A stretch of 64,000 nt of DNA, from the IMG/VR virus record IMGVR_UViG_3300042557_001040, positions 23,970 through 87,969 of that record. One strand, given 5' to 3'. The position numbers and the translations under genes are program-made. Under the pieces are notes generated by a model. That model was not told where the DNA came from. It saw only the letters and a program-made list of their open reading frames with translations, and searched no databases. Shown here one piece after another: positions 20,601 through 30,006 of this stretch (position 1 is its first letter; each line of letters starts with the position of its first letter). The DNA is from a virus.

Positions 20601-23600
20601 GTAACCACCTTATTGACCGGTAAAGCAATTGTATCACCTGTATTAGAAGCTTCTATCACTCTAATAAGATGATTGCTAGTCATAAATCTATTTCCATTTT
20701 CACCCCTATGTTCCTTATTATATTGATACAATTCTAATAAAGATATTAAAAACTCACGATCAGAAAAACTACCATAGGTGATACCTTCATTTTGATTAGC
20801 TTGAATTGTTTTATCTTCTATTAGTTCACCAGTCTCATTTTCTTTAAGAATTGAACTCTTCATTCCTTCAATTCTTTGCACTCTAAGATTTCCAAGAAGA
20901 GATTTAAAATCTTCTGAACTTAATAAATGATTTTGCTCAAGAAAATCATCAAGCTTAATTTTATTTAATTCATCTATATCATTAAGAGAATTAATCTTGA
21001 CTAAATGGAATGTAGGAAGCTGATGCGCATACACTAATTCACCTTCAGCATTTCTATAGGATGTACCACTAACCGTTTCATCAAAAACAGCATTACCTTT
21101 AGCTAACTCATTAAGACGAGATATATTACCACCCTCTCCTAAACTGTCTGCTTCTTCTTCACCATCTTCTTCTCCCGTAATGGGCATGTTTTCATCATTA
21201 AGGCTGTCTATATTTTTAGCAAAAGGATTTTCCAAAGCTTGTATAGACTTAACAATAGCTTTTAAACCATTTAAATCCATTGGTCCAACTTCACTATATG
21301 ATTCAGCAAGTCTTCTTTGATTTTCAGTTCTGAGATCAGGTTGCTTAGATGCAGCTATAGAGAATTTAATATAAAGTGGAGATAAGGAAATACCCAAGTC
21401 TTCTTTAAGCCTATTGCTTAAATCTTGAGAAAGATCATCTAATCTTTCATCAGAAAAATATACACCAGGATCATGTGCGCTCAATAGTTCTTGAAATGAT
21501 AAACTTTTTTCCTTAGCAAACTCTCTTCTTTCTTCTTCAGATTTAAGTGCTAAAACAGGAGTTTCAAACTGATGTATATAAGCATTCTGCCATTGTGTAA
21601 ACTGAGTTTTAGCAGCACCCATTCTATTAGCCAACATTAATCTTGTAACCCTACCTTTATTACGAATATCTTTATTCATAAAAATATAATCCACGGTGTA
21701 TTGTTGAAATCCTTTAACCACCATTTGAAAAAGAGTAGCTTGTTTAGGATTTGTAATATCAAAATCACCGGTATTTGGATCTATGACAAGACCAACTTCA
21801 TCAAAGAATTTATTTAAAAACTTACCAGTTTCTGTATTATTGTCTCTTAAATAAAGCAGCCTATTTATAAATTTCTTTTGATCTGTAATATTAGCAACAG
21901 CCTTGAGAATACCACCATAAACCAAATTAGCATTTACAGATTGTATTAGTGGTTCCCCATTTACCATTTCTGTATTTCCAAACTCATCCCTATCTATTAC
22001 ATAAGATGTAGATGCTATGTACTGACGTAAGAATTTAGAAAGACTACCAAATCCTCCAATAGAATGAGTTTCTTTCCAATTATCTGTAGTAACTCTAGTA
22101 CCAAATTCTTCTTCTGTAGTAGTAAACTCATCATCTTCAAGCTCCTGTTGATATCCCATTATATTTAAATGAACATCTACAGCCTCCATCAAAGTTTCCC
22201 TATTCTCTTTACGATAGAATATATTAAACTTTTGATCTAATTTATTCATATAGGCTTTAGCTTGGGCAGGATCTATATCCATCAGCTTTGTCTGTTCATC
22301 ATAATAAAACTCTTTTCTAGAACCTCTAGGGTTATATAATTCTAAAAAGTCATCTATAATACCATTAAGAATTTCTTTTTTATTATACTTTCCAGTTTCA
22401 GTATTAAGTGCTCTAACATGAAACATTGAAGCTATCGTACTAGCTATCTGATCTCCTTCTTGCTGAGGAAGGTATTTGTCTATTGGTATAATATCTCCAT
22501 TTTCATCATCTACATAATCTTCACCTATTTTAATAGCTTTTAATGCAGGTTCATTAATACTAAGAGCATCTGGCTTGGTAAACCTATTATCTTTGATATT
22601 AGAATTTTTATACTTACCTCTGTCTATCTCACGGAATAAACCAGTAAGTTCATTACTTGTAAATTTTCCAAACAGTCCCTTTATGAAATCCCAAATCTTT
22701 TGAAATAAACCACGAATACCTGGAAGAATTTTTTTAGAGTCTTGATTCATTTTCCATTCATCAAACTTATCAGCCATATATTCCTCATAGTATCTATTTT
22801 CTAGCTCAGCATCTGTCATGTCCGCATAAATAGTATGAAGCTCTCGCATTGCTTTAATTTCTGAAGCAAGTGTTTTACCTTCTTTGGCAAGTTCTTTTTT
22901 CACTTCAAGTTTTGCATATGCCAAAAACTTATTTATTTCTTTATCAGTGAGCATTAAACGAAAAACAGCATGAAAAGCCTCATGGTATTTAAATGGACTA
23001 TTCTCACCAACTTCAATACGTCCTCTCACTTGAGTTTTACCATTCTGAAGTTTTTGTAAGTAAGTTAAGAATCTACCTACAGTGATATTACCATTTTTAA
23101 GATTAGTAGCAAGTAAGTCCATATCTTCTACAGATACAATATCACCAAGGATACGACCTACATACTTTTTAAACTGATCAATATTAACCACACTAGTGGC
23201 ATCAAAGGTTGGCTTATTTACCACCTTGGGAGCCATGTTTCTATTTGAATTTCTAAGTTCATTTAGTTTAGCTTTTTCAGCGTTAATTCTATCTTTAAAT
23301 AAATCAACAGCTTCATCATTAGATAATCTTAAAGCTTCACCGGATCTCATTCCAGCCTTTACTTTTTCTTCCAGTATTTTTTGAGCCTCTATTTCTCTTT
23401 CAGCCTCAAGCTTTTTTATATTATCTCTTATTTGTTGAGCAGGGGATAATCCTGTTTCTTCAAGTTTAGTTTTTTCAACAGGAGTTTCTTCTTTTTCTTG
23501 TACAGAGGGGCTTGCCCCAATTCCCATTTCTTTTAAAAACCTAGCTCTTAAATTTTCATCTATTGGTACCCCAGCATTATTTTGCATAGACTGAGCAGGT

Positions 23601-26600
23601 GCTGGCGCCACACCTTTCGTTTGTACACCTGTTTTAATATCAGGTGCAGGAAGACTAAAACTTGCTTTAACAGAAAGAGGTATATTCTTAACCATCTTTT
23701 CTGATAAATTAGTTTTTAATTTTTTAATATCATCATATCCACTAACATCTGGAGTACCTTGTCTAAAGTTTTCTCTAGTTAATTTAAACCCTATAGCGTC
23801 TCTTTGATCAATAACAGCTTTATCATGCTCTTCTATACGTGAATTTATTTTAGATATCAAATCATCAATATCTTTTATGTTTACAGGATCAGTGAGTTTA
23901 CTGCCATATAAACGTATTTTTCTACGTTTAATTTCTTTACCCTCAAACATATTGTAAAAAGTCAATTCCAAATTGCCAGTATCACTTACACTAAAATCAA
24001 TATACATACCTTTCTTTTCGATTGGTACAGATATAAATAAATTAGCAGCTAATTCAGAGTTAAGCTTTTCATTAAAATCTACCTTTTTACGCTGATAAAC
24101 TATTTCTTTTTTATCAGTGAGAGTTTCTTGTAAGTTCTTTTCTTTTGTCTCTTTGGCACGCTCATTAATTTGTTTAATAAAATCATTAAATTTTTCTTCT
24201 TCTAAAACATCTGTATTAAGTTCTACAAATCTAATTCTACCATTATCCATTTTAATAACGGCTACATATCTACCAAGTTGCTGAGTGGCATCTCTTTCAT
24301 TTTTAACTTGTTTTACTTCTTCTTCTATTTTTCTTCTATCAGCACCAAAGGCGTTTGTTATAACATTTTCAGTGTTACTAAATGTATATCCAGACCCATA
24401 GCGTTTAGCGCGATCTAAAATATAATAAAAACCATTAATTGTTTTATTGGGAAGATCTTCAAAAGAAACACCTGTTCCTTTAGGTACAAAATCAAATTCA
24501 CCTGCACCAATTTCAAATGAAAGTATTTTATCCAGTTGTTCTTTAGAAATTTCAATCTCTTGGCCTGGTTTTGCTAAAGAACTTAAAGCAACATATACTT
24601 TTTTAGAATTTTCAAATGAATTTTTAAAATCAAGCATTTGTTTTTCAATACCTCTACCTTTCAAATCAAATATACTTCTAAATTGATTTTTTGTAAGATC
24701 ACTCATTGGTACGTTTACACCACCATTAGTGATATATCTAAGAGTATCATAATTTCTTAAATATCCAATAGGTTCTCCTTTGTATACTATTTGAATTTGA
24801 TATTTTTCAGAGTACTGTATAAGATTTGGATTGGTTTTTTTATCTTTTCCTCCTGCTTCCTTTGAAGAAGCTATAGTTGTATTTTGTTTTATTCTAATAG
24901 TAGTGTTTGCTTTAATATCATTAGCATTAGTTTTCTTTAAGAAGTCGTCCATTCTTGCTTGAGCTTCTGCTTCTGTTTCCCCTTGTTTTCTATGAGGATA
25001 AATTCCACTGAGTTCATTGGTTCTATAAAGTCTAAACACATCTTTATCCACTGGTTCACCAGTGTCATATTTTTCTACTTTTTCTTTTATGGTGTAATTA
25101 CTAAAATCTTTTTGACTTACAATTACAGCATCACCATACTGTCTTACTCTATTTCTAAGAAGAAGTAATTTAATAAGAGGATTATTTTTTTCTTCATCAG
25201 CTTTGGCATAAAAAGGTCCACCTTTTGTATCAACTACAAATTGTTTTCCTGTTCTATTATCTACTAATATAAGACCGGCTCTTATTTCTGTACCTGCAAA
25301 AGGATAGTAAGAGCGATCTTTTTTAAAGTCAGCAGTATCTTTAGCAATAATGGCATCTCTAGCAGCCAAGGCTTGTTCTTTAGTAGAGTAGGTTAAAGCA
25401 ACTGTTTCTTCATTTCTTTCAGACTTTGCTACTTCATATTCTCCATTACTACTAATAATAAATAATCCATCTTTACCACTGTCTACTAACACTTCTCCTT
25501 TTTTCAATGTAGGAGGGGTAAGTTTTCTTTTTTTAGAAGGCAATTCTAATATGTCATGATTATCTTTTCCCGTAGGAGTTTTTTCTTTTTTTAAAGCAGC
25601 TAGTTCTGTTTCAATTTCTCTTGCAATTTTATCCTGAGCATCTAATACTTCACCTGCAGGTAATTTAGAAGCATCTGTCCATTTATTTATTAAACTTAAT
25701 AAATTTTTAGGAACATATTTATCAACTAAGTCCTGAACATCTTTTTCACTTGGATATTCTAATGTGGGTTTATATGTACCATCTGGTTGTTTTTCTCCCC
25801 ATAATGTAGGTTTGTTTGAGTTTCTACTCCAAGTTAAAAGAAAGTCTTTTTTCTCTCCCCTCACCTCAATGTAAAATTGAGTTTCTTGTTCTGCAAACTT
25901 TGCCTCAATTATTCTATCAGTTTTAGCAGCATCTGTAGGCTTAGCTCCTTCTAAAGCTGTTAGTTCTGCGTCAACATTTTTAGAATCAATTTCTCTTTGA
26001 ATTTTATCAGAAAGTATTTGACTATAAGATTTGCTCTTACCATCTATAATTTCATCTTTACCATAAGATGATTCTAATATTTTATCACCATAAAAAAATT
26101 TAGCCACCTGTAAAGCAAGTTTAGCATCAGCTTCTGAATATCCATGCATTACAACTTGATCACTTAATGCAGGACCTTGAACTTCAAGATCTTGAAAAAT
26201 TTTAACTCCTCCGTTATATCCTCTTTTTTGAAGCTCAATCATAAAATCTTTAAACATTTCTGGAGAAAAGTCATTAAGATTTTTTAAAGAGAAATAACTT
26301 TTATGTGTTACAGATTCTTTATCATTTGTTCCATTATTAATAGAAAAAAATAACCAAGAATTAGAATCTTTAGTTCCTGATAAAAGTCTAACATTCTTTG
26401 CAAGATATCTTTCTATTTGCGGCTTATTTACAAGAGATAACATTGCATTATAAAAACTTTCAAATGCATCTTTTGCAGTTTGTGATAAAGACGCTCTATC
26501 AGCTTTAACCATATCTAGTACTTCTTGTACAGATGTTGCATTTCTATGTTTAGGATTTGCTCTTAATTGAGAATCATCTATTTTTAAATAGTTTTTAATA

Positions 26601-29600
26601 GCATAGTCAGCATACTCTTCTCTAGACATTTTAGATAAATCTACACCTTCTGCTTTGGCAATTTTAGCTAACTCATAAGATGCACTCCAACCGAATAGTT
26701 TTTTTCTTCTTTCTATATCAGCTTTAGCATCTGTAACAACAGGAGCTACATCAGGTTTTAATCTACCTTCTTTTATGTATTCATTAAACTGTTCTTTACT
26801 CCATACTCCTTTAGACTTATTTTTTGTATTTTCAAACTGGATATCTCCTTTCTCACTAAATCCTCTAATTACATAGTTTTGTCCAGAGTCAGAGGTAAAT
26901 GTATCACCAACTTTTGGAGTTGTAGAAACAGGAGCTCCTTCTGTTGGGGTTACTGTAGGTTTTTCTGCAGTCTCATCTAATTTATCAGCAACAACTTTGG
27001 CCTCTTCTTCTGTAGCATACCCTTTGGCTACAGTGGCCCCCGTAGGACTAACCACCGTAAATGTTTCATCTTCTTTTACTACAACATGCTTTTTTTCTTC
27101 CTTATCTACATCAGCAGCTTTATAAACTTCATCAATATGATCTTTTTTAAATAATTCACTAACTTCTTTATGAGCAGAAATCATTGAATTAATTACCAAG
27201 TTCATATTATAAGGATCAGCAAGTAAATTTACAGCATCTACATATGCTTTATTATCTTTATTAAGACGAATGTAATCTATGATGTTTATAAAGTTTGCAT
27301 CTACATCTTCTTTAGATACAACAGCCTTATTCTTAGACCTTTCATTATAAAGATTTATAAGATCAGCATAGCTCTCATAAGCTCTTTTTTCAGCAGCAGG
27401 AGAATAAGACTCATCAGAATTATCAACTATATCCTGGTAAGAGCTTTCCCATTTTTTTGCTAAGGCAAGTTCTTTTTTCTTTTGTTTTAATATTTCTTTT
27501 AAATCAGGAGTGAGCGTGTCCGTAGATTCATAGTTTTTAATCTCTGCTTCAAGATTCTTTACATGATCATTAAGTGCTTCTTCACTGCCCATTTTAGTGA
27601 GCACTTCTAAACTTGAAGCACCAATATTTTTATTTTTAGAAATCTCTGTTTGTAAAGAAGCAGCCCTTATAACAGCTTGTTTTGCTTTATGAACATTAGT
27701 AGCAAGTATCTCTATAGCATCTTCTAGTGCTTTCTTTGATATCTTTGCTTGCGCATATTCTTCAGGGGTATTATATTTATATAACTCAGGAAGCACCTTA
27801 TCACCATACTTATCTTTTAAATTTTCATAAGTGGTGTAATATTCATCCATTTGATTTGCAATGTTTTCCATAAAGGATTTTACATTGCCTCTATTTTTTT
27901 CTGTAGCATCAATTCCATATGCATCTTTAAATTCCTCATCTGTCATGTTAGAACCAGCTCTTTTAATAGTGTCTCTAACAGTTTCAAACATGTTTAATTT
28001 AATAGCACTACTTACAGTTTTTGCAAAAGCAGAATCCTTTGCATTATAAAAAACATATTTATTATGATTTTTAGCTGCCTCATCCATTGTCTCAGCAGCT
28101 TTATTATTTATCTTAACATTTGCAATCCACTCTTTTTTAAATTGTGTGGGATCTGCATATAGAGAATTAACAAGAGCAATGCTTTCCTTTGCTCTTTCTT
28201 TTCTTGTTAAATAATCAGGATCTTCTTTTTTCTTTCTACTCTCTTCTATAGACTGATTAACCTTACTAATAATTTTAGTGCCAGGAGATATTAATGCACC
28301 AGTTAACGCGCCCATTAAGAATGTTCGCATACCTTCAGAGCTGGTAATAGGATTTTCTATACTGTCTATAATGCGTTGCATCTTTCCACTATGCCCCTGT
28401 TTACCATGATAAAGATCATAGTAATAGCCGCTTAAACCTTTATTTGAAGCATCCTGTATAAGTTCTTGAACACCTTCCAATCCTTCTATTCTGGTGAGCC
28501 CCTTTCCTAACATTTTAGTAGCTTCCCAACCTGCTTTTGTTTTTCCAAAATCTTGAGCAATACTTCTTACAGCACCTAATTCTCCAAAGAACCAGCTTTT
28601 TGAATATGCTTTAGTCAAATCTTTTCCTGCTACCTTACCTGTCACTTGGAATGCTTCCTCTGCAAGGGGTGCCGCTGCTTCATTAAAAATGTTTCTAGTG
28701 CGACTAAAACTTTTGAACATGTTATTAAACTGTAATCTATTCATTACAGAAATAACACCTACGTTTGTCCAAAAATTGTCATGAGAGGCATCTTCTGCCT
28801 TTTTATTTATTTTTTCAAGGTCGTCTCCATCTGGATTTTTTCCATTGGCTTCTATATATTCATTTACAAGTTTATCTCTTAATTCTTTAAATGTACTAGC
28901 CGCTTCAAATATTGATTCAGAACGTGCCATGTTAAATTCACTAAGTGCACGTTTTACCCCACCTAGAGTAGTCATTGCTAATTGTCCATACCCTGCGCCA
29001 GCTTTACCAAGCTTATAAAGATCTTGAAATCCACTATATAAAGGAACAATAGTTCTAGCAGCATTATTGAATGCATTAGTGACTCTTGCAGAACTAGTTA
29101 CAATTTCTGTAGCTTTGTTAACATCATTAACAATTTCACCTAATGTTGTAGCAGTTTTTACACCTCTTGCAATATTTAATCCTTTTAAACCTGCACCAAC
29201 TATATTTCCAAGACCTGCTGTAAGATATGTTTCTAAAGCAAATTGTGCCATGGCACCTACAGTAAATCCAGCTTGCTGAAACATATTACCAAAGAACTGA
29301 CGATTAAAATATCCATCTTTAGACTCCGCTGTATCAAATATTGCATATTTATTAAAGATGTCTTCCTGTTCTTTAGCTATATCATATCTCTCTTCAGGGG
29401 TTCCCATTAGTTTGGTAGAATCCCATGTAGACAAAGCTTGAGCCATTCTTGCCCATCCTTTCCATCCTTCAGCAAACGTGTTTACAGCAATTTCACCAAA
29501 TCCACCAAGTGCTTTTCCAATAGTATCTCCCCAAGTCATAGCTCTGCCATATCTATATTCTTGTTCAGCACCTAAACTAGGAATATATCCAAATGTTTTA

Positions 29601-30001
29601 AAATCATCTGATTGAACATATCTTTCAAAATCCTCTCCTTTACCAACACTTAATGGTTGGCTTATTGCAGAATAAGTTGGAGCACCATTGATTGCTTCAG
29701 AAAGCTTTTGTGTATTTTTCTGAGGATCAAAATAAAAAGGAGAAACATTCCCCCCACTTCCTTCCAGTCCAGAAGGGTAGTTATTTAAAAGATTTTTTGT
29801 AGCATCTAAGTAAGCATTTGTTTCATTGATCAAATCAGTGATGCTTTTTCCACCTACTGTTTTATAGGGAAAACGTGACTCTATAGATGCTTCATCCATT
29901 AAGTCTTTATTTACAGTATCTGCCTTTCTCTCGTAGTAAGAAAAACCTAAAGGAATGTCAGGCAAACCTATCCCTAACTTTGCTGGTTCTGGAGGATTCA
30001 T
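14612..30001 (-). CDS. giant virion protein containing crAss-type two-barrel RNA polymerase and zincin domain
   Basis: 5129 aa. GADFDIDK at 18350-18373 (DFDID catalytic loop as in phi14:2 gp66) preceded by RIPSQAKHS. HEAFH at 22970-22984 with downstream EEYMAD. Hydrophobic Gly/Ala helices in the N-terminal part. Confidence 0.9.
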   Translation of the reverse strand: MNPPEPAKLGIGLPDIPLGFSYYERKADTVNKDLMDEASIESRFPYKTVGGKSITDLINETNAYLDATKNLLNNYPSGLEGSGGNVSPFYFDPQKNTQKLSEAINGAPTYSAISQPLSVGKGEDFERYVQSDDFKTFGYIPSLGAEQEYRYGRAMTWGDTIGKALGGFGEIAVNTFAEGWKGWARMAQALSTWDSTKLMGTPEERYDIAKEQEDIFNKYAIFDTAESKDGYFNRQFFGNMFQQAGFTVGAMAQFALETYLTAGLGNIVGAGLKGLNIARGVKTATTLGEIVNDVNKATEIVTSSARVTNAFNNAARTIVPLYSGFQDLYKLGKAGAGYGQLAMTTLGGVKRALSEFNMARSESIFEAASTFKELRDKLVNEYIEANGKNPDGDDLEKINKKAEDASHDNFWTNVGVISVMNRLQFNNMFKSFSRTRNIFNEAAAPLAEEAFQVTGKVAGKDLTKAYSKSWFFGELGAVRSIAQDFGKTKAGWEATKMLGKGLTRIEGLEGVQELIQDASNKGLSGYYYDLYHGKQGHSGKMQRIIDSIENPITSSEGMRTFLMGALTGALISPGTKIISKVNQSIEESRKKKEDPDYLTRKERAKESIALVNSLYADPTQFKKEWIANVKINNKAAETMDEAAKNHNKYVFYNAKDSAFAKTVSSAIKLNMFETVRDTIKRAGSNMTDEEFKDAYGIDATEKNRGNVKSFMENIANQMDEYYTTYENLKDKYGDKVLPELYKYNTPEEYAQAKISKKALEDAIEILATNVHKAKQAVIRAASLQTEISKNKNIGASSLEVLTKMGSEEALNDHVKNLEAEIKNYESTDTLTPDLKEILKQKKKELALAKKWESSYQDIVDNSDESYSPAAEKRAYESYADLINLYNERSKNKAVVSKEDVDANFINIIDYIRLNKDNKAYVDAVNLLADPYNMNLVINSMISAHKEVSELFKKDHIDEVYKAADVDKEEKKHVVVKEDETFTVVSPTGATVAKGYATEEEAKVVADKLDETAEKPTVTPTEGAPVSTTPKVGDTFTSDSGQNYVIRGFSEKGDIQFENTKNKSKGVWSKEQFNEYIKEGRLKPDVAPVVTDAKADIERRKKLFGWSASYELAKIAKAEGVDLSKMSREEYADYAIKNYLKIDDSQLRANPKHRNATSVQEVLDMVKADRASLSQTAKDAFESFYNAMLSLVNKPQIERYLAKNVRLLSGTKDSNSWLFFSINNGTNDKESVTHKSYFSLKNLNDFSPEMFKDFMIELQKRGYNGGVKIFQDLEVQGPALSDQVVMHGYSEADAKLALQVAKFFYGDKILESSYGKDEIIDGKSKSYSQILSDKIQREIDSKNVDAELTALEGAKPTDAAKTDRIIEAKFAEQETQFYIEVRGEKKDFLLTWSRNSNKPTLWGEKQPDGTYKPTLEYPSEKDVQDLVDKYVPKNLLSLINKWTDASKLPAGEVLDAQDKIAREIETELAALKKEKTPTGKDNHDILELPSKKRKLTPPTLKKGEVLVDSGKDGLFIISSNGEYEVAKSERNEETVALTYSTKEQALAARDAIIAKDTADFKKDRSYYPFAGTEIRAGLILVDNRTGKQFVVDTKGGPFYAKADEEKNNPLIKLLLLRNRVRQYGDAVIVSQKDFSNYTIKEKVEKYDTGEPVDKDVFRLYRTNELSGIYPHRKQGETEAEAQARMDDFLKKTNANDIKANTTIRIKQNTTIASSKEAGGKDKKTNPNLIQYSEKYQIQIVYKGEPIGYLRNYDTLRYITNGGVNVPMSDLTKNQFRSIFDLKGRGIEKQMLDFKNSFENSKKVYVALSSLAKPGQEIEISKEQLDKILSFEIGAGEFDFVPKGTGVSFEDLPNKTINGFYYILDRAKRYGSGYTFSNTENVITNAFGADRRKIEEEVKQVKNERDATQQLGRYVAVIKMDNGRIRFVELNTDVLEEEKFNDFIKQINERAKETKEKNLQETLTDKKEIVYQRKKVDFNEKLNSELAANLFISVPIEKKGMYIDFSVSDTGNLELTFYNMFEGKEIKRRKIRLYGSKLTDPVNIKDIDDLISKINSRIEEHDKAVIDQRDAIGFKLTRENFRQGTPDVSGYDDIKKLKTNLSEKMVKNIPLSVKASFSLPAPDIKTGVQTKGVAPAPAQSMQNNAGVPIDENLRARFLKEMGIGASPSVQEKEETPVEKTKLEETGLSPAQQIRDNIKKLEAEREIEAQKILEEKVKAGMRSGEALRLSNDEAVDLFKDRINAEKAKLNELRNSNRNMAPKVVNKPTFDATSVVNIDQFKKYVGRILGDIVSVEDMDLLATNLKNGNITVGRFLTYLQKLQNGKTQVRGRIEVGENSPFKYHEAFHAVFRLMLTDKEINKFLAYAKLEVKKELAKEGKTLASEIKAMRELHTIYADMTDAELENRYYEEYMADKFDEWKMNQDSKKILPGIRGLFQKIWDFIKGLFGKFTSNELTGLFREIDRGKYKNSNIKDNRFTKPDALSINEPALKAIKIGEDYVDDENGDIIPIDKYLPQQEGDQIASTIASMFHVRALNTETGKYNKKEILNGIIDDFLELYNPRGSRKEFYYDEQTKLMDIDPAQAKAYMNKLDQKFNIFYRKENRETLMEAVDVHLNIMGYQQELEDDEFTTTEEEFGTRVTTDNWKETHSIGGFGSLSKFLRQYIASTSYVIDRDEFGNTEMVNGEPLIQSVNANLVYGGILKAVANITDQKKFINRLLYLRDNNTETGKFLNKFFDEVGLVIDPNTGDFDITNPKQATLFQMVVKGFQQYTVDYIFMNKDIRNKGRVTRLMLANRMGAAKTQFTQWQNAYIHQFETPVLALKSEEERREFAKEKSLSFQELLSAHDPGVYFSDERLDDLSQDLSNRLKEDLGISLSPLYIKFSIAASKQPDLRTENQRRLAESYSEVGPMDLNGLKAIVKSIQALENPFAKNIDSLNDENMPITGEEDGEEEADSLGEGGNISRLNELAKGNAVFDETVSGTSYRNAEGELVYAHQLPTFHLVKINSLNDIDELNKIKLDDFLEQNHLLSSEDFKSLLGNLRVQRIEGMKSSILKENETGELIEDKTIQANQNEGITYGSFSDREFLISLLELYQYNKEHRGENGNRFMTSNHLIRVIEASNTGDTIALPVNKVVTSTTSGKVSLSQEAINIINKEVVREFNRIKKVRAEIKSGIYPDGEIQGYHYAVDGDGRRTDKKKPRGLKFYKMANMLGTELADELEQDSLDDAFDIASKNTKINSRIKEYWEKQIEDFVKLANDLGVVTVSKSEEGNEEEIQNNLVDDFLRIGFTKKENGKDVIDERRNDLLNIKPGNLRHNLGQILINDYINTLSINQILYGDEAKAFKDEIDIIKRARGANGSGPSLYSVVTSPELGITEAFTKSYMLTFTSPKFKANYAGGLKNKADAQSYQTVKSMRYTLHGLGQLTPAIAKILDKLEAGQELTEKEIFGSGGLKDMEAMFNSKKLVYFDGLQYIKTSTVMLTKEFTSMKVNGKWVAIPGSEELHELRERMEKFEKDNNTVVFAGDRESSKGIKRNIFDHSLGFQNAKDENFVKQDTNYWRLQLVNPSNKIQITDPSQAKQIILSEQEDSTPVTFMGRSTKEDGSQLTIGDIKKMYLSDVDQRVTNNYTRSRDEIFNIDSAYSELGKSMDQGKISPQLQKFQKRAVETLRSTGADSQLIDFFSLGEDGKPKYNLNNNITLDKYTQLFLAYFSKGVMSEKTPGHSVALMSNYGKQVVKIFTGRYDEEGNPIGTVVDERVIKQNPNRYIKNAKRWNNSIDRKFEQMKKGDIYVDDLRHNVPEYDKNGKIIGRYTEFIMPAHYAEYFNLKPGEPIPDHIAKMFGVRIPSQAKHSFVALRLVGFMPAYYGSTAIFPHELIEISGADFDIDKLYMHIYDTYVKDGQRFPYGTETSKEGKFEEYVRWNANNNKAFRDVLQELKETNPIYQELSKKYKEYKKLTKDLDEFRIFESVYFSEELGGKITADERQAIIDMGKKWVNEFKDLVKKLDGVEQKLIAQALGSLKLPSNVLDYAKSKKELNNGVLNNRILEQKLLMLTNEHVISGGSRSIAFEVASLTALTNLLDPNVAGNLIDLLSTENENGQKVLPTEIENILTEGGVDVDSIIGKYKAFKNNKEGSRNIGAAVNSMLTYAILNNFKINLRDTFKDAKGKKVKMYKIKINGHTFDSYSHSNSYNAATGKYDGEDRITNIISTLVSAMTDNAKERLAARLGLNMEALGYVSNMVAQGVPLKSSILLMLQPAVREYFELTKIASNNIKTNEESKIYKSQVAKKLFEKYKKLAGDDYVKEDLTDDIMVSNIKNNGSSAIYQASVLEDFIGISNQTKYFSDVAQVLKLVKGLGTSWEDYDGINNKIEKLGLRNQNDDAFEKFIPEGRKTPPPFDLRQVFMGYDESKQSHYISKWIKIADQINDLSKSMFLERTSVFKRIENIVKDNLSVRASLKDKFNVDLKRDLISYLSIKAYRKFLADRGRAGTLSTMTNALIYDEGAIAKGDKFSDIVDVIRTIRQKLPNNYIAKRFLNVISTTIVNAKGEAGLNPKNKDGFNKLESNTWAKLNEYQIEKLRDSFIEIYQSDIDFDGNGRNGRDMANALFNYLLVKDGGQFRSNSFIKFIPNFMFTDLMQSTGIANDVLKLNMVTTKNIDEEYKKVFGLTANDLFNEFMHIYTRHVGNGYYVRSMTLFAEPKFKDVGNKNVDGFEPKSVVIDGDKIKIDIFNGARIKEKQKAFTEEEESEITWMDDADYYTMLAEETEKFSQLDEEGKKEWIKKEEEAAKAKADSFKYSPDEKKRFAKNMDSLRAKGFYTNKKGEVVFPYIIKQSIKPEGKKYFENTFFVLKSVTKAQKQPKGSPKRMIQPGETVASGVKAVYQKIERKGSSKTFKAGEVFDPIPDTAKLPRYRKLTTNPSSYNPYYERAFSDPEKEEMWMINRGFVKPGETSVTQKKEIATAATKNVTGTPKEILAREGITFTFDTASKSFKFVGDVWDAIPDDAKKTVKTPGQLVYMLGYDITSSAPQIKGNETLGETPIVDENLTEEKAKELGVTDTALRNRFLAALGMGDNEKPSQASKNVPAVGSKEEKLGITDMEKRKEFERLMGFGSIKSDDTKLDDDNPLNDRCAQP
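25592..26734 (-). repeat. short imperfect repeats bounding domains in the giant protein
   Basis: taaagcagctagttctg (25592-25608) vs taaagctgttagttctg (25952-25968), encoding TELAAL/AELTAL. TDAAK (25922-25936) vs TDAKADIERR (26705-26734). Confidence 0.55.
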
Positions 30002-30006
30002 TATAG

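Noticed and set aside
4927-30001. Introns or inteins in PolB or RNAP
   Set aside because: Both ORFs are continuous with normally spaced motifs, and I saw no intein splice or LAGLIDADG motifs.
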